Shown in pieces: positions 38,352 to 50,029 of a stretch of DNA of 64,000 nt. The notes below the pieces were generated by a model. It searched no databases, had not been told where the DNA came from, and saw only the letters and a program-made list of their open reading frames with translations. Position 1 is the stretch's first letter. The number at the start of each line of letters is the position of its first letter. The translations under genes and the position numbers were made by a program. Source of the DNA: Yuukianura sp. NJ FZ-2021 (Eukaryota); assembly GCA_046563655.1 (NCBI GenBank), contig CM102289.1, forward strand, positions 6,696,001-6,760,000, read 5' to 3'.

Positions 38352-38812
38352 TTAACCTATAAAAACCAAAACATGAATTTCAAACTTAAATTGTGAACTG
38401 TTAAAAACAATGTTAATTTTTGATGGCCAACCGTAAAATCCACGTCCGCGGCCTGTGGAAAAGATTATTTTGATTTATTAAAAGTTATATACTTACTAAG
38501 TAAAATAAATATTTTGTACATGTTTTTCGATTCTTTGGACATACCGAAACCACCGCCATATCCGCCATAACCGCCTCCGAATCCACCACGTCCAAAGCCA
38601 CCTCCGCCGTATCCACCATAGCCTCCATATCCAAACTGTGGTGAACGTCGAACTCGCTCTGAAAGATTTTGGAAATTGTGAATTGTGAAAACTAAGCATA
38701 TTGAAAAGTATTTACTTTTATGTATCTTACCACCAGTAGAATCTTCTTCATCTGCAACAACTACTGCAGAGACAATTAGAAACAAAAATCCGCAAATTGC
38801 GAGGAACTTCAT
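38352..38812 (-). CDS. Secreted Gly/Tyr-rich propeptide (copy 1), 3 exons
   Basis: Signal peptide + acidic spacer + RVRR|SPQFGYGGYGG...GGFGRGRGFYG, followed by an extended tail. Confidence 0.75.
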
Positions 38813-39247
38813 GTTGATAACGATTTTTGATAATCAGATCACGACGACTAGTCCAAATTTAATAAAATCCGAAGCAGCTCCAGCATCCTTTTATATCTCC
38901 AGTTTCAAAAGACTAATCATCTACGCTCTGTCATCTTCAAATTCCCAAGAAATCCAAGGAACAATGGGAAATTACGTCATCTTTTTTGTTCGTTTACTTC
39001 ATTTTTCTAGAGAAAATCAAAAAAAAAGTTACGAAAATAATTGGAATTAGTGTGACAAAAAATGATAAAAAATTTGTTCGTACAAAGGTGTTGAAAGAGA
39101 ATTTGATATGGTGACGCAAAATCTTACAGAATCTCCGTATCCTGTTCCAATACTCGCAAAATTGCAAAAAAAAAAGTGTCTTCATTTATGACATTTTTTT
39201 GTCAAACAGATCAGATTCATGTTCACAAATCTTCGAAAGTTTTAAAA

Positions 39248-40790
39248 ATGGCATTTAAGTTACACATTTTGGTTTTTGCTACATTGTTGGCTATTGGCTT
39301 ATTTATATTACGGCCAAAATTACAAACTCTGCACTTTGCAACGAATGTCCAACCGCCAACACACGTGAAAACGTTGAGTCATTTCTTCAACGTTGGATTA
39401 ATGGAGCTGCACTTAACAGTTTTGACGATTTATATTTTTCGGCAAACAAATGTATACTTTTTGTAATCATTTAGTTCCAAATTGCTACTATAAACTTGAC
39501 TAAACTTTACCACTTCAATTGGTATTTTTTTCCAATCAAAGCTTTCCTGGTTGCATACAAAGTGCTGATCGTCCACCTTTTTTGAGTTTTTCTGGCATTC
39601 TTGTATACCATTACAAATTTTTGGCTATAAAAAGTATGGTTAGGAAAAACAACAAAGGAGGAAATGATACTTGCTACAGACACCAACTAGAAATTTCCGC
39701 TCCAATAACCTTTTGATCAAAACAATTTCTTAAATTGTTTGTGTGTTTCTTAGGTGTTGGGTGTGGTCTTGATGAAAACATGAGTAAAAATGTTATGGTC
39801 AATCTACCGATTGCTTACAACGCTGAACACTTTGTTCAACTCATCTTTTGCATCGTTCCAAATTCCAGTGTCCAAAGCTCCAAGTGAAATGAAAACGGTT
39901 GTACTTGCCGAAAAAATTCCATTTCAACTAATGATGCTGCCAGGAATGGCCTCTTTTCTGTTAGTAGAACACACTTTTGCAGTTGACAGAATGGCATCAG
40001 TTCATTTCATTACCAGAGGCGCAAAACATATTTTCTTACATATTACGTATTTTTATACTTTTAAAAAATGTTTCTTGAAAAAACATAAAAAATATTCTAA
40101 GATTTTGCCAAAAAGGTAGCATTTTTGCAAATTTTATACTATTTGTCATGTACAAATAGTTTAGCAAAGGTCCATGTAGTGTTGGGATAATTTTTTTTTA
40201 ATATAATGTTAAAAAATATTCACAACATAGGCACAACATAGTCACAACATAGCCACAACATAGTCACAACATAGTCACAACATAGCCACAACATAGTCAC
40301 AACATAGTCACAACATAGTCACAACATAGCCACAACATAGTCACAACATAGTCACAACATAGCCACAACATAGCCACAACATAGTCACAACATAGTCACA
40401 ACATAGTCACAACATAGCCACAACATAGGCACAACATAGGCACAACATATCCACAACATATCCACAACATAGGCACAACATAGCCACAACATAGGCACAA
40501 CATAGCCACAACATAGTCACAACATAGTCACAACATAGTCACAACATAGGCACAACATAGCCACAACATAGTCACAACATAGTCACAACATAGTCACAAC
40601 ATAGCCACAACATAGGCACAACATAGGCACAACATAGCCACAACATAGTCACAACATAGTCACAAAATAGTCACAACATAGCCACAACATAGGCACAACA
40701 TAGGCACAACATAGCCACAACATAGTCACAACATAGTCACAACTATGTTTTGTTATGCTACTCTTGAGGGAGAAAAGATTGTCAAGATGA
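39248..40790 (+). pseudogene. Chimeric pseudogene: 8-Cys family signal-peptide region fused to degenerate chemoreceptor exons 2-3, interrupted by a satellite-bearing insert
   Basis: MAFKL.. start, then homology to 34595-35240 (MMLPGMASFLLVEHTFAVDRMASVHFI) with frameshifts. Homology resumes at ~40755 ('gattgtcaagatgaacaacattt'). Confidence 0.8.
40221..40743. repeat. Minisatellite, 11-bp unit CACAACATAG(T/C/G), ~47 copies
   Basis: Direct tandem array visible in the sequence. Variation is almost confined to one position. Confidence 0.97.
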
Positions 40791-41068
40791 ACAACATTTA
40801 TTTCAACAATGTTCGTAGTAATTTATTGTTTGAATGTTGCAATAATCTATAGTGTAAAATCATATAAATGTTATAGAATGATTGTTTTGTAAATGAAGTA
40901 CAGTTGTGCTAAGAGTGTCGGCTGCAAATGTGTAATCTTGCTTCCAGCCGGAATTGAACTGACATGTACCGGCGTGTTTAACCTACAAAGCAAAACGCGA
41001 ATAAATTTAAAGGTTAAATTGTAAACTAAAAAAAGCTCTAGAAATGTAAATAATAATTTCTTGTATGC

Positions 41069-41445
41069 CTAACCGAAAAATCCATGGTGGTGATGATGAT
41101 GGCCTGGGGAAAATATTTTCATTTTTAAAAGAAACAATTTTTAACAATAAGTTAAGCATTTTGTAGAAGGTTTTTGATTTTTTGAACATACCGTAACCAC
41201 CGTAGCCACCATAACCGCCGTAGCCACCATATCCACCATACCCGCCGTATCCGCCATAGCCTCCATATCCAAACTGTGGTGAACGTCGAACTCGCTCTGT
41301 AAGATTTCGAAAGTTGCGAATTGTGAAAACCAAACAAATTGTACTATTCAGTTTTATGAATCTTACCAACAGTAGAACCTTCTTCATTTGCAACAACTGC
41401 AGAGACAATCAGAAACAAAAGTCCAAAAATTGCAAGGAACTTCAT
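41069..41445 (-). CDS. Secreted Gly/Tyr-rich, His-tailed propeptide (copy 2), 3 exons
   Basis: MKFLAIFGLLFLIVSAVVA-NEEGSTV-ERVRR|SPQFG(YGG)n-Y-GHHHHHHGFFG*. Confidence 0.8.
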
Positions 41446-42016
41446 GATGATGATTTTCTGACAATCAGTCACGACGACTAATCCAAATTTAATAAAATCC
41501 GAATCCGCTCCAGCATCCTATTATATCTTCCTTTTTAAAAGACTGATCATCTTTGCAATGTCATCTTCAAATACACAAGAAATCCATGAACAATGGGAAA
41601 ATACGTATATTTTTTGTTCTTTTACCTCATTTTTCTAGAAAAATCAAGAAAATAATTGGAATCAGTGTGACAAAAAATGACGTTGTTCGAACAAAGGTGT
41701 TAAAAGAAAATTCGATATGGTGACGCAAAACACCCGAATCTCTACTGTTCCAATACTCGCAAAATTACAAAAAAAAGTATCTCCATTTACGACACTTTTT
41801 TTGTCACTTCCATCTTTCAAGGATCATCTTATGCAACGTCCATCAAATCTTGAAAGGTGATTAATCTTTTCAGCAAAACTATAAAATCAATTAAGGTATA
41901 CAAAAAAATTTCTTAAAAAAAAATTGTAAAAATGAACGTTTATTACAAAAGCAGCAGAAGTTATAAAATAACCCATAATATAACAACTTTTCTTAAATAA
42001 CTTTGATATACATTGT

Positions 42017-42929
42017 TCACGTGACCTTGATTGTCTTATTCCGATGTTTCTCCAAGCATTTTCGTTTAATTGTTCCATTTTCGTGTGCTAGCAAGTGCCT
42101 GCGCAAATTACCTCTTTGATTAAACTTCATTGAACACTTTGGACATGGATACTCATATTCAGCATTATTTTTAAAATGGATTTTCAAGTGTCGCTGCATG
42201 TGAGTCTTCTGATTGAATCGTTTCTTGCAAACTGGACAACTGTAAGGGAATTCTTGTGTATGAATCCTCTTGTGAATTGTAATTTGACCACTTTGAGTAA
42301 ATCTTTTGTTGCAGATTTTGCAAGCATATGGCTTATGTGAATCTTCGTGATCATCTCGTTCTTGCTGTTCCTCAAACAACTTGCCACAAAATTGGCAGTC
42401 ATGAAGGAAGTCCGATGCTTTCGACTTCCCAACCAACTGAACCGAATGTTCCCAAGTTTTAAAATGGGCTTTCAGTGCTATCTTGGATAAAAAGTTAACT
42501 TTACAAGGTACACAGGACCAAGTTTTTTCGCCGTGTTCTTCAACCATTTCTTGCTTCACTGTAACACCGAATTTCGGTACTGATTTCTTGTCTTCTAGTT
42601 CCAGTTTCGGGATTTTATCAATCCTTTTTAACTCGACTTTGACATCTTTAAGTTCATGTTTAAGCATAGGATTGGTCACCCCACGACCTTGGCTTTTGTT
42701 TTTTCCAGAAGATCCACTGATTCCATTTTCGGTATGATCAATTCTTGTCAATTGGATTCTTGGTATGTACACCTCCGATGAGTCCGATTCTATCTCCATA
42801 AGTGACAAGATGCGTCTGAAAATTAAAACCATGTTTAGTAATAGTAATATTACGTTCAATTTTGAAAACCAAAATTGAATTTACGAATTTGAAACAATTT
42901 AGAATTTACCCATCACGTGTATGGAACAT
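42017..42929 (-). CDS. C2H2 zinc-finger protein (5 fingers)
   Basis: CxxC-x12-HxxxH fingers with HKPYACKIC and HTQEFPYSC linkers. A probable short first exon (MFHTRDG) splices in at ~42815; an alternative start is MEIES. Confidence 0.88.
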
Positions 42930-43689
42930 CGGTCAAATTGTATGTAGTAGTGTTTTGTATGTTGTTTATGATGACCTTGGTCGTTTGAGTAAAGTATAAT
43001 ATTAATTAAATTACTGTAGACAAAAGTAATTCATCATTTTCTGTTTTGATTTGATAACAAAAAAAATTGGCAGGCAGCTACCAGCAAAGTATCTTTACCG
43101 CACACAACATTTGCATCTAAACGTTGGGCAGATATTCATTTTTTGCAGTCTCTAAATACAAGACAGTCGTGCAGAAAAGTAGTCGTAAAAGTATTCAACT
43201 TTTTTGTTAAAGAATAAGAAAAATTCGAAAGATTTACGTAAGCTTTTACAAAATCTCATTAAATAATTCTCGTTATAATGAAAGCTCCAAGTCAATTTAA
43301 TCAAAATCTTCAAAGCTTTTTCATACCGAATTTATCTTGAGCAAAAAATTGCCCATTTCTGAGTTTATTTGTGTATAAAATTGTTCCTTGACAAAAGCCC
43401 GCCATTTTAATTAAAAGCGGTTTTAAAATCGAAATCACAATAATACAAGAATCCTGAACCTGAACCGAAATGCCTTGTTTCGTTATTAAAGTAAACTTAA
43501 AATTACATGTTGGTTTGTGGATGGAATGGGATTAAATATTTTTCAGCTTCAGTGGCCTTCAAATTGTTGCAGAGGAGAGCGCAGGGGTCATCGGCATTAA
43601 CCTGAAAATAATAACATTGCAAGTCATTCGTTTTAGAATTTACCACAAAAAGCGAAGCTTGACGAATTAGACATAATAGCTTCAAAGAA

Positions 43690-44106
43690 TCAAAATGTAC
43701 CAAAAATCAAAATACCGTGGCGGTGGTGTCCATGATGATGGTGATGATGGCCATGATGATGATGATGATGATGACCTAGGTAAAGATAAAGTGTAAGCAT
43801 TAAAAAACTGAACCTGTAGCATTCTTACAGTTTGACCTTTCATACTTACCGTAGCCACCGTAGCCTCCGTAGCCTCCGTAACCGCCGTAGCCACCATAAC
43901 CACCATAGCCGCCATAGTATCCTGGAGAACGTCGTGCACGTCCTGAAAACATCATCCGTCCATAAGTTTACAACCGTATTTAGACAATAAAGTAGACATT
44001 TGACATGTAGTGTAGCCTTACCAGAGTGAGAGGAGTTGTCAGCCATGACCGTTGAGAAGACACATACAATGACCGCCAACAAAGCCAAAAATCCGATTGT
44101 TTTCAT
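43690..44106 (-). CDS. Secreted Gly/Tyr-rich, poly-His propeptide (copy 3), 3 exons
   Basis: MKTIGFLALLAVIVCVFSTVMA-DNSSHSG-RARR|SPGYY(GGY)7-GHHHHHHHGHHHHHHGHHRHG... Confidence 0.8.
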
Positions 44107-45153
44107 CTTTAATACTGCGCAAGTTCAGCCAAAAAGCTCAATTCTGAAAGTGAATGTACTGGACTCTGGGAATTTTTGAAAATCCTCTTTTTATACCTTC
44201 AGCAGCGGTCAATAGTTCCCGAAAATGACATCAGCAAATGAATTCTGCTGAACTGTGGTAAACGCACTTTCAATGTCAGCAAACAGTCCTCTTTTTTCTT
44301 TACTTAAGCATAAAAATCTTTCAAAAACAATTTTGCGAACTATCCTCGCAAAAAAGTGTAATGATTTTCTGAAACACAATTTCCATCGAATTTGTTTCGC
44401 AAAGTCACAAGTCGTAATATTTCTTTGAAAGAAAAGCAGGTTATGAATGTGAAAAAAATTCAATGTTATTTCAATATTTGAACAGCTAATTTCAATTTCA
44501 GTTTTTCATATTTGCACATTCGCAAATTGCGTCTTCATAATTTTGGTTCAGCTAATGCAAAGCTCTTGATGAAAACGGAGGTTAAGATTTCTAGCATCAG
44601 AACCCATAACCTATCACAGAAACTTTCCGTAAATGTATGAAAATTTTGTGTTGTTAAATCATTTTTAGTCGGAAATTAAGCAAACTAATGTATCGAGGCC
44701 GTTTCAAATGCAAAATTTGTGATACTTTCAGAAGTCGTAAAAGTTATCAAAGCCAAAAATTACTCAAGTAGCGTCTCTTTTGAAATGTTTTACAGTTATA
44801 CTTCGTAATGCTAAAGCTTCATGATTATTCAAGTTTTAGAAAGTTTTCAACATGCCTTATCGCTGCACAAAGTTCAAACATTTTCATTGTGTGATGTTAG
44901 GACTCTATATGATGACGATGAACTTGATCTTTTACGGTTTAGGCGTGGGATGTCTTCGTATAACGGCTTAAGCGATTCTGTGTGAAGAAGCATATGCGCG
45001 TGACGTATTAGTAACAGTAGCTTACATAGGAGAAAGTGACTTTGAAATTTCAGTTCTCATAGTACATGGTTCAACAGCCTTCCAGTCCCACTTTTCTTTC
45101 CAGTCGCGAAGTTTGAGTAACAAAATTAACGAAAAAGTTGAAATATCTTCACT

Positions 45154-46223
45154 ATGAACTCAAATGGAATTGATACCGTGAGAAACTCAACCTAACTTAC
45201 AAAATACAACTTTTTTTAAATGTTCAAACTTTAACACAAAATTGCAGAGTCACCCAGAGCATCCTCGAAACCTGATTCCTACATTATGTCGCCAGTTTTA
45301 TCATCTTGGATGGGTCACTGGAACGGGAGGAGGAATGAGCATAAAATACGGGTTTGTACAAAAAAAAATCGGATTTTGAGATGCCTTTTAAAAAAATGAA
45401 TAATTTCACTCCGATTTTTGCAGAGATGAAATTTACATTGCCCCTTCGGGCGTTCAAAAAGAGCGAATGGAGCCAGAAGATTTGTTTGTCCAGAATATCA
45501 AAGGAGAAGATATACAAGTTCCAAGCAAACCACTGAAAAAGAGTCAGTGTACTCCACTGTTCATGTGTGCCTATACAGGTCAGTGTCATGAACTTTGACC
45601 TCAAGAAACCTTAACCTTGAAATTTCATTTTTGAAAATTTTGATTTTAGCGCGAAGTGCTGGAGCTGTTATCCATACTCATTCCAAGGCAGCAGCACTGG
45701 TGACCCTACTCAGTAAAAATAACGAATTTAGAGTAACGCATCTTGAGATGATCAAGGTTAGAAAAGAGCAATTCAATTAAGAATTGGATTGCAGTAATCA
45801 GTTGATTAAGTAAGCGATGATTGACATTGATTTAACACTTTGCACTTCCGTAGGGTATTTACAATCCAAAATTGGGCCGTTACTACCGCTATGACGAGGA
45901 ATTGGTTGTGCCAATCATAGAAAACACGCCTTTTGAAGAAGACTTGAAAGATCGAATGGCTGAGGTGATTGAGCAGTATCCAGAGACCAGCGCAGTACTC
46001 GTGCGCAGACATGGAGTTTATGTCTGGGGAAAAGACTGGCAACAAACGAAAACTATGTAAGATCTAATTAAAAAAGTATTGTTTAAATTATATTTAGTTT
46101 CAGATTTGATAGCTTAATTAATTAATTTGGTGTAGGTGCGAATGCTACGACTACTTGTTCGAATTTGCACTGATGATGAAGTCCCATGGATTAGACGCTG
46201 CTCAGCCTCCTGTATCAGAATAG
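45154..46223 (+). CDS. APIP: Methylthioribulose-1-phosphate dehydratase (methionine salvage), 6 exons
   Basis: [74 protein letters not shown]. Confidence 0.95.
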
Positions 46224-46467
46224 GAACAAAATGGCAACAAGACGATGTGCAAAAATCGTAAAGACTACAAATTCCAAGACAAAAATATATTTTCAGTACA
46301 GAGCTCGACAGTTGAAGTTTAATTAAAGCTGCTATTTTGAACTTGAATTCAACATGTAATGTAATTTGTGACTACCAAAATGAATTTGTGAAAGACTATA
46401 CTAACATTATTTGCTTTCGCAAACTGTTTGAATGTGCTTAGAATTGTATCGTTTTTTGTTGCTGCTT

Positions 46468-47205
46468 TTACTGTCCAATACAGAGCAGATGAAGCCCAAA
46501 CTTGATTGATGCTCCCAGCATCATCAGGAGTCCAATGTATTGAAATCCTCCTTTCATTCTAAAGAACGGCAAATAAGATTAGTCGTAGCAATCGATTACT
46601 AACACTTTGTAAATACAACGAAGATTTCAGTACCTTTTTGCTGGATCACCGGTGTAGTATCCCTTAGCATATGCAATTCTGCCCAGAATCCAGATGACTC
46701 CTCCGATTGCTGTGAATACTGGCATTTCCAATCCACCCAAAAACAAGACAGCTAAAAATTGCGGGTAGTTTTCCATAGTATTCTGATGAGCTCTGCAATT
46801 GAAGTCAAAAAGCGGAATTTTTGAATTCATACTTTTGAATGGTCGGTGACGACATATCATCACTTTGGATTGTAATTTTACCGTTGGTAGCAATTAAAGA
46901 GGTCATTTGTCGGAGAATACATGGTTGGATAGTTAATTTTCAACTGCTTCCGCATTTTGCCGACCTATGAACAAACATGGAACAGGTTGATTAAGTTTAG
47001 TTCAAATTTTTCACTGAATCTTATGGTTTTTATTTTAAGGTAAAAGTTCTACCTGGATTCCTTTCCATGCCAGCATGAACGTCGAGGCGACGGCAGTCAA
47101 GACGACATATCCAAATCCGGAATTCAATTGGAAAGTGGCAACTCCCGGTCCTAGGGACGGTCCAATCGATGACCCACCTAGCAAACACTGCATGAAGTCC
47201 ACCAT
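46468..47205 (-). CDS. MGST3: Microsomal glutathione S-transferase 3 (MAPEG family), 4 exons
   Basis: [52 protein letters not shown]. Confidence 0.93.
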
Positions 47206-48028
47206 GACGAAGTTTCTTGTAAGGTCAACAAAAATCAAGTTAGGACCAAGACCAAACGACAGGCAAGTTATACTGTCTGTAACTTACTTGCGGAATTTAT
47301 ACTCGTCGTTTATAAAAAGCCGACGATCATGGGATTGGAATGACTGGACAAAAATTACGTGTATTTTTACTGTTCGTTGTTTTTTGCTTGGTCATCCACT
47401 CCGACTCCACTTCCCCAACTTAGTGCAATGTTGTTCTACTCTTATATTGCTCAACTGATTAAATTGAAACAATGGATAAGTGTGTCCTTGGCTGGAGCAA
47501 TTGGACAAAAACAGTTCGAGTGTTTTCGACACGAACGAGATGAAATTGGCATTGGCGGAGGCGGGTCTTCCTCTTCACTCGTCATGACCATTCCAGGAGC
47601 TGTCAAGGATATTATTTGTGCAAAACATTTAAAAGTGAATTCATACTTATAGATTTTAATGTTCGATGTTGCTGGTTGCATGCAGAGGGGGGAAATTTTT
47701 AGCTTTGTCTATTTTGCCTTTACTCAATTTTTGTACCGGATGAAACATAAAGTTTGTTTACATTTTGATGTGGCGGGAAAACGTTTCTTCCAAAGTTTTT
47801 TTGATGTTCCGCTGCCACTGCCAGCGGACCGCTACTGGGGAGGAGCGTATAAATTCTGAATTTTAGTTTCATTTTAGATTGCACTAAACATCCATGTCAA
47901 GGTAAGGTCACAGGGTCAATTCGAATTCATACGTGAGTTGTTGTTGAATCGGATATTGACTTTTTAATCAGGCTTGATTTTTTTTTCATTAGGAGGGAGA
48001 ACATAAATCAAAATCGAATGCAGAATTT

Positions 48029-50029
48029 ATGAGCATCATGAAGGCAAAAACAGAAAAATTCATTTGGAAATCAGAATTTGAGAAGGAATTTCAAAACTAC
48101 TATCGTTCTGGCTCCGAAGCCGGAAAACCGAAACTATTTCTTGAAGTCCATCATGTTGATGGTGATGGCGTGTATTTTCTTAACATGACCAACCTCATTG
48201 TACTTTTCATATTTGAAAAGTACAACATCTCGAATTGGTTCCAGCTGAACATCATTTGCAAAACCGAATCTGCAAACGAAACGAATGGTAATGCATCCAA
48301 AGATGTCATCATAAAATATCGCAGAGGCAACGGCGACATACCGATTGAACATTCTACAAACTCTAATATGCTACCAAAAGAAGTCACGTCATGTCAAAGA
48401 CCATCAGTATTTCTTGAAGGATCAACTAATTTTATTATTTCCGGTCTCACACCAGTCCTCCGATTCTTAATAAAATATTCCATGTGTAATCTGGCTGCTG
48501 TGGCATCTCAAGAAGGCAATGAAGAAAACCCATCGACATCAGTTTTCGAAAAACTACTTGGTCACTGTGGAGCATGCCTTAGCGCCTGTGCCGAAGCTTC
48601 TACATGGACAACATTTTGCGAAGTAGACATGTCACAACGAATGATTGCAGCTCTAGTGGAAACTATTGCGAAATGTAAGACAACTGGAAAACTTACATTA
48701 CCAGTTGATTTGGTCCGCTTCGAGAATCATTTGGGCCATCCTACCACTGCTGACAAACTACAGAAAACGTTTCTAAGTCGACAGGGATCAACATGCAGAA
48801 CGAATGGAACAAATTGCAAAACTACTTTGGACCAATCCTGGAACTTTACTGAAGGAAAGTATCCAACATTATCAGACGTCTTGCTCTTTTGTCCAGTACA
48901 TTTAAGTGTCCAGCTTCTTGGTCAAGAAGTATTCAGTATCCATTTGCCACTACTTACAAATTGGTACACGCGAATGGCAGAGATGCTAGATGCAGCATCC
49001 CTAAAACTGTCAATTGCAGCACCGGATGACAAGACAGCTGACATCGCTGATACTTTGGCTGGTTTTAAAATTGCGAATTTCACCGTAAGCTTACCCCACG
49101 TTCCGTTTGAATCTCTGTACAAACGTGGTCCACCGAAGGACAACAAATGGGAAATGCGGGAATACACTCGTCAAGAAAACGTTGAAGAAGCATTTCAATT
49201 TCTGGAAGACAATGGAATTGAGTCTCTGGAACTAGCGCTGGAGGACTTACCGCTGGAGAGTCTCCTAAACTGGGACAAAGTTCCCGTGTCAATCCATCCC
49301 GTTGGAGGTCACGTTCCAGAATCCCGGAGACTTCGGAAAGGCCATCAACTGGCCAACGTACTTCAAATGGTCGAATTTGTGTACAACGAAAGATTGAAAC
49401 AATTTCCACTTCAAAAGACTACAATCGTTGACTTTTGTTCCGGTGGCGGGCATTTGGGAATCCTCGTCGCCTGGAAGTTACCAAAGACTGAAGTAATTCT
49501 AGTAGAAAACAAGGGAGAATCTGTACGAAGAGCGCAAGACCGAATTCGGAGTTTGGGTTTAAAGAATATCAAGTTGTTCCAGTGCAATTTAACCAGCTTT
49601 TGTGGTCAATTTGACATTGGAATTGCTCTGCACGCATGCGGGTCATCTACAGACCTTGTTCTGAACAAATGCGAACAAAACAATGCAGCTTTTGTCGTGT
49701 CGCCATGCTGCTACGGAAGTATACGGAATACCGAGTCGGTGCAGTATCCCAGAAGTAAGAAATTTATGTCCAGTGGACTCAGCCATCGGCAGTATCTGAT
49801 CCTGGCCCACGCTTCGGATCAAACACATGATGAAACCATAAGTAAAACACCACAAGGAATTAGGTCAATGATGCTTGTGGACTCGGATCGTTTGACATAT
49901 TTTGAAGAGCGCGGCCGCAAAGTTTGGTTGAAAAAAATGACACCGGAAACGGCTTCACCAAAAAATCATATCCTAGTTGGCATTCCATCCCAAATTGGGT
50001 CTGTAGCATTAGCTGCGGTCACACAATAA
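48029..50029 (+). CDS. GSTCD: GST C-terminal domain-containing protein with C-terminal SAM methyltransferase domain, intronless
   Basis: 666-aa ORF with SGLTPVLR, WTTFCEVD, RKGHQLAN, IVDFCSGGGHLG, ALHACGSSTD, PCCYG and SPKNHILVG. Confidence 0.92.
   Translation: MSIMKAKTEKFIWKSEFEKEFQNYYRSGSEAGKPKLFLEVHHVDGDGVYFLNMTNLIVLFIFEKYNISNWFQLNIICKTESANETNGNASKDVIIKYRRGNGDIPIEHSTNSNMLPKEVTSCQRPSVFLEGSTNFIISGLTPVLRFLIKYSMCNLAAVASQEGNEENPSTSVFEKLLGHCGACLSACAEASTWTTFCEVDMSQRMIAALVETIAKCKTTGKLTLPVDLVRFENHLGHPTTADKLQKTFLSRQGSTCRTNGTNCKTTLDQSWNFTEGKYPTLSDVLLFCPVHLSVQLLGQEVFSIHLPLLTNWYTRMAEMLDAASLKLSIAAPDDKTADIADTLAGFKIANFTVSLPHVPFESLYKRGPPKDNKWEMREYTRQENVEEAFQFLEDNGIESLELALEDLPLESLLNWDKVPVSIHPVGGHVPESRRLRKGHQLANVLQMVEFVYNERLKQFPLQKTTIVDFCSGGGHLGILVAWKLPKTEVILVENKGESVRRAQDRIRSLGLKNIKLFQCNLTSFCGQFDIGIALHACGSSTDLVLNKCEQNNAAFVVSPCCYGSIRNTESVQYPRSKKFMSSGLSHRQYLILAHASDQTHDETISKTPQGIRSMMLVDSDRLTYFEERGRKVWLKKMTPETASPKNHILVGIPSQIGSVALAAVTQ

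Noticed and set aside
40221..40743. CRISPR-like or telomeric array
   Set aside because: Contiguous 11-mers with no unique spacers and no cas genes, in a eukaryotic context; the unit is not TTAGG-type.
44169..44178. kappaB-like site GGGAATTTTT near Gly-Tyr peptide copy 3, with similar GGGAAA sites at ~38966 and ~41595
   Set aside because: Such degenerate motifs are expected by chance in AT-rich DNA, so they are not evidence of immune regulation.
47451..47681. Minus-strand ORF containing MTSEEEDPPPPMPISSRSCRKHSNCFCP between MGST3 and GSTCD
   Set aside because: Looks slightly coding, but I found no recognisable family or convincing splice partners.
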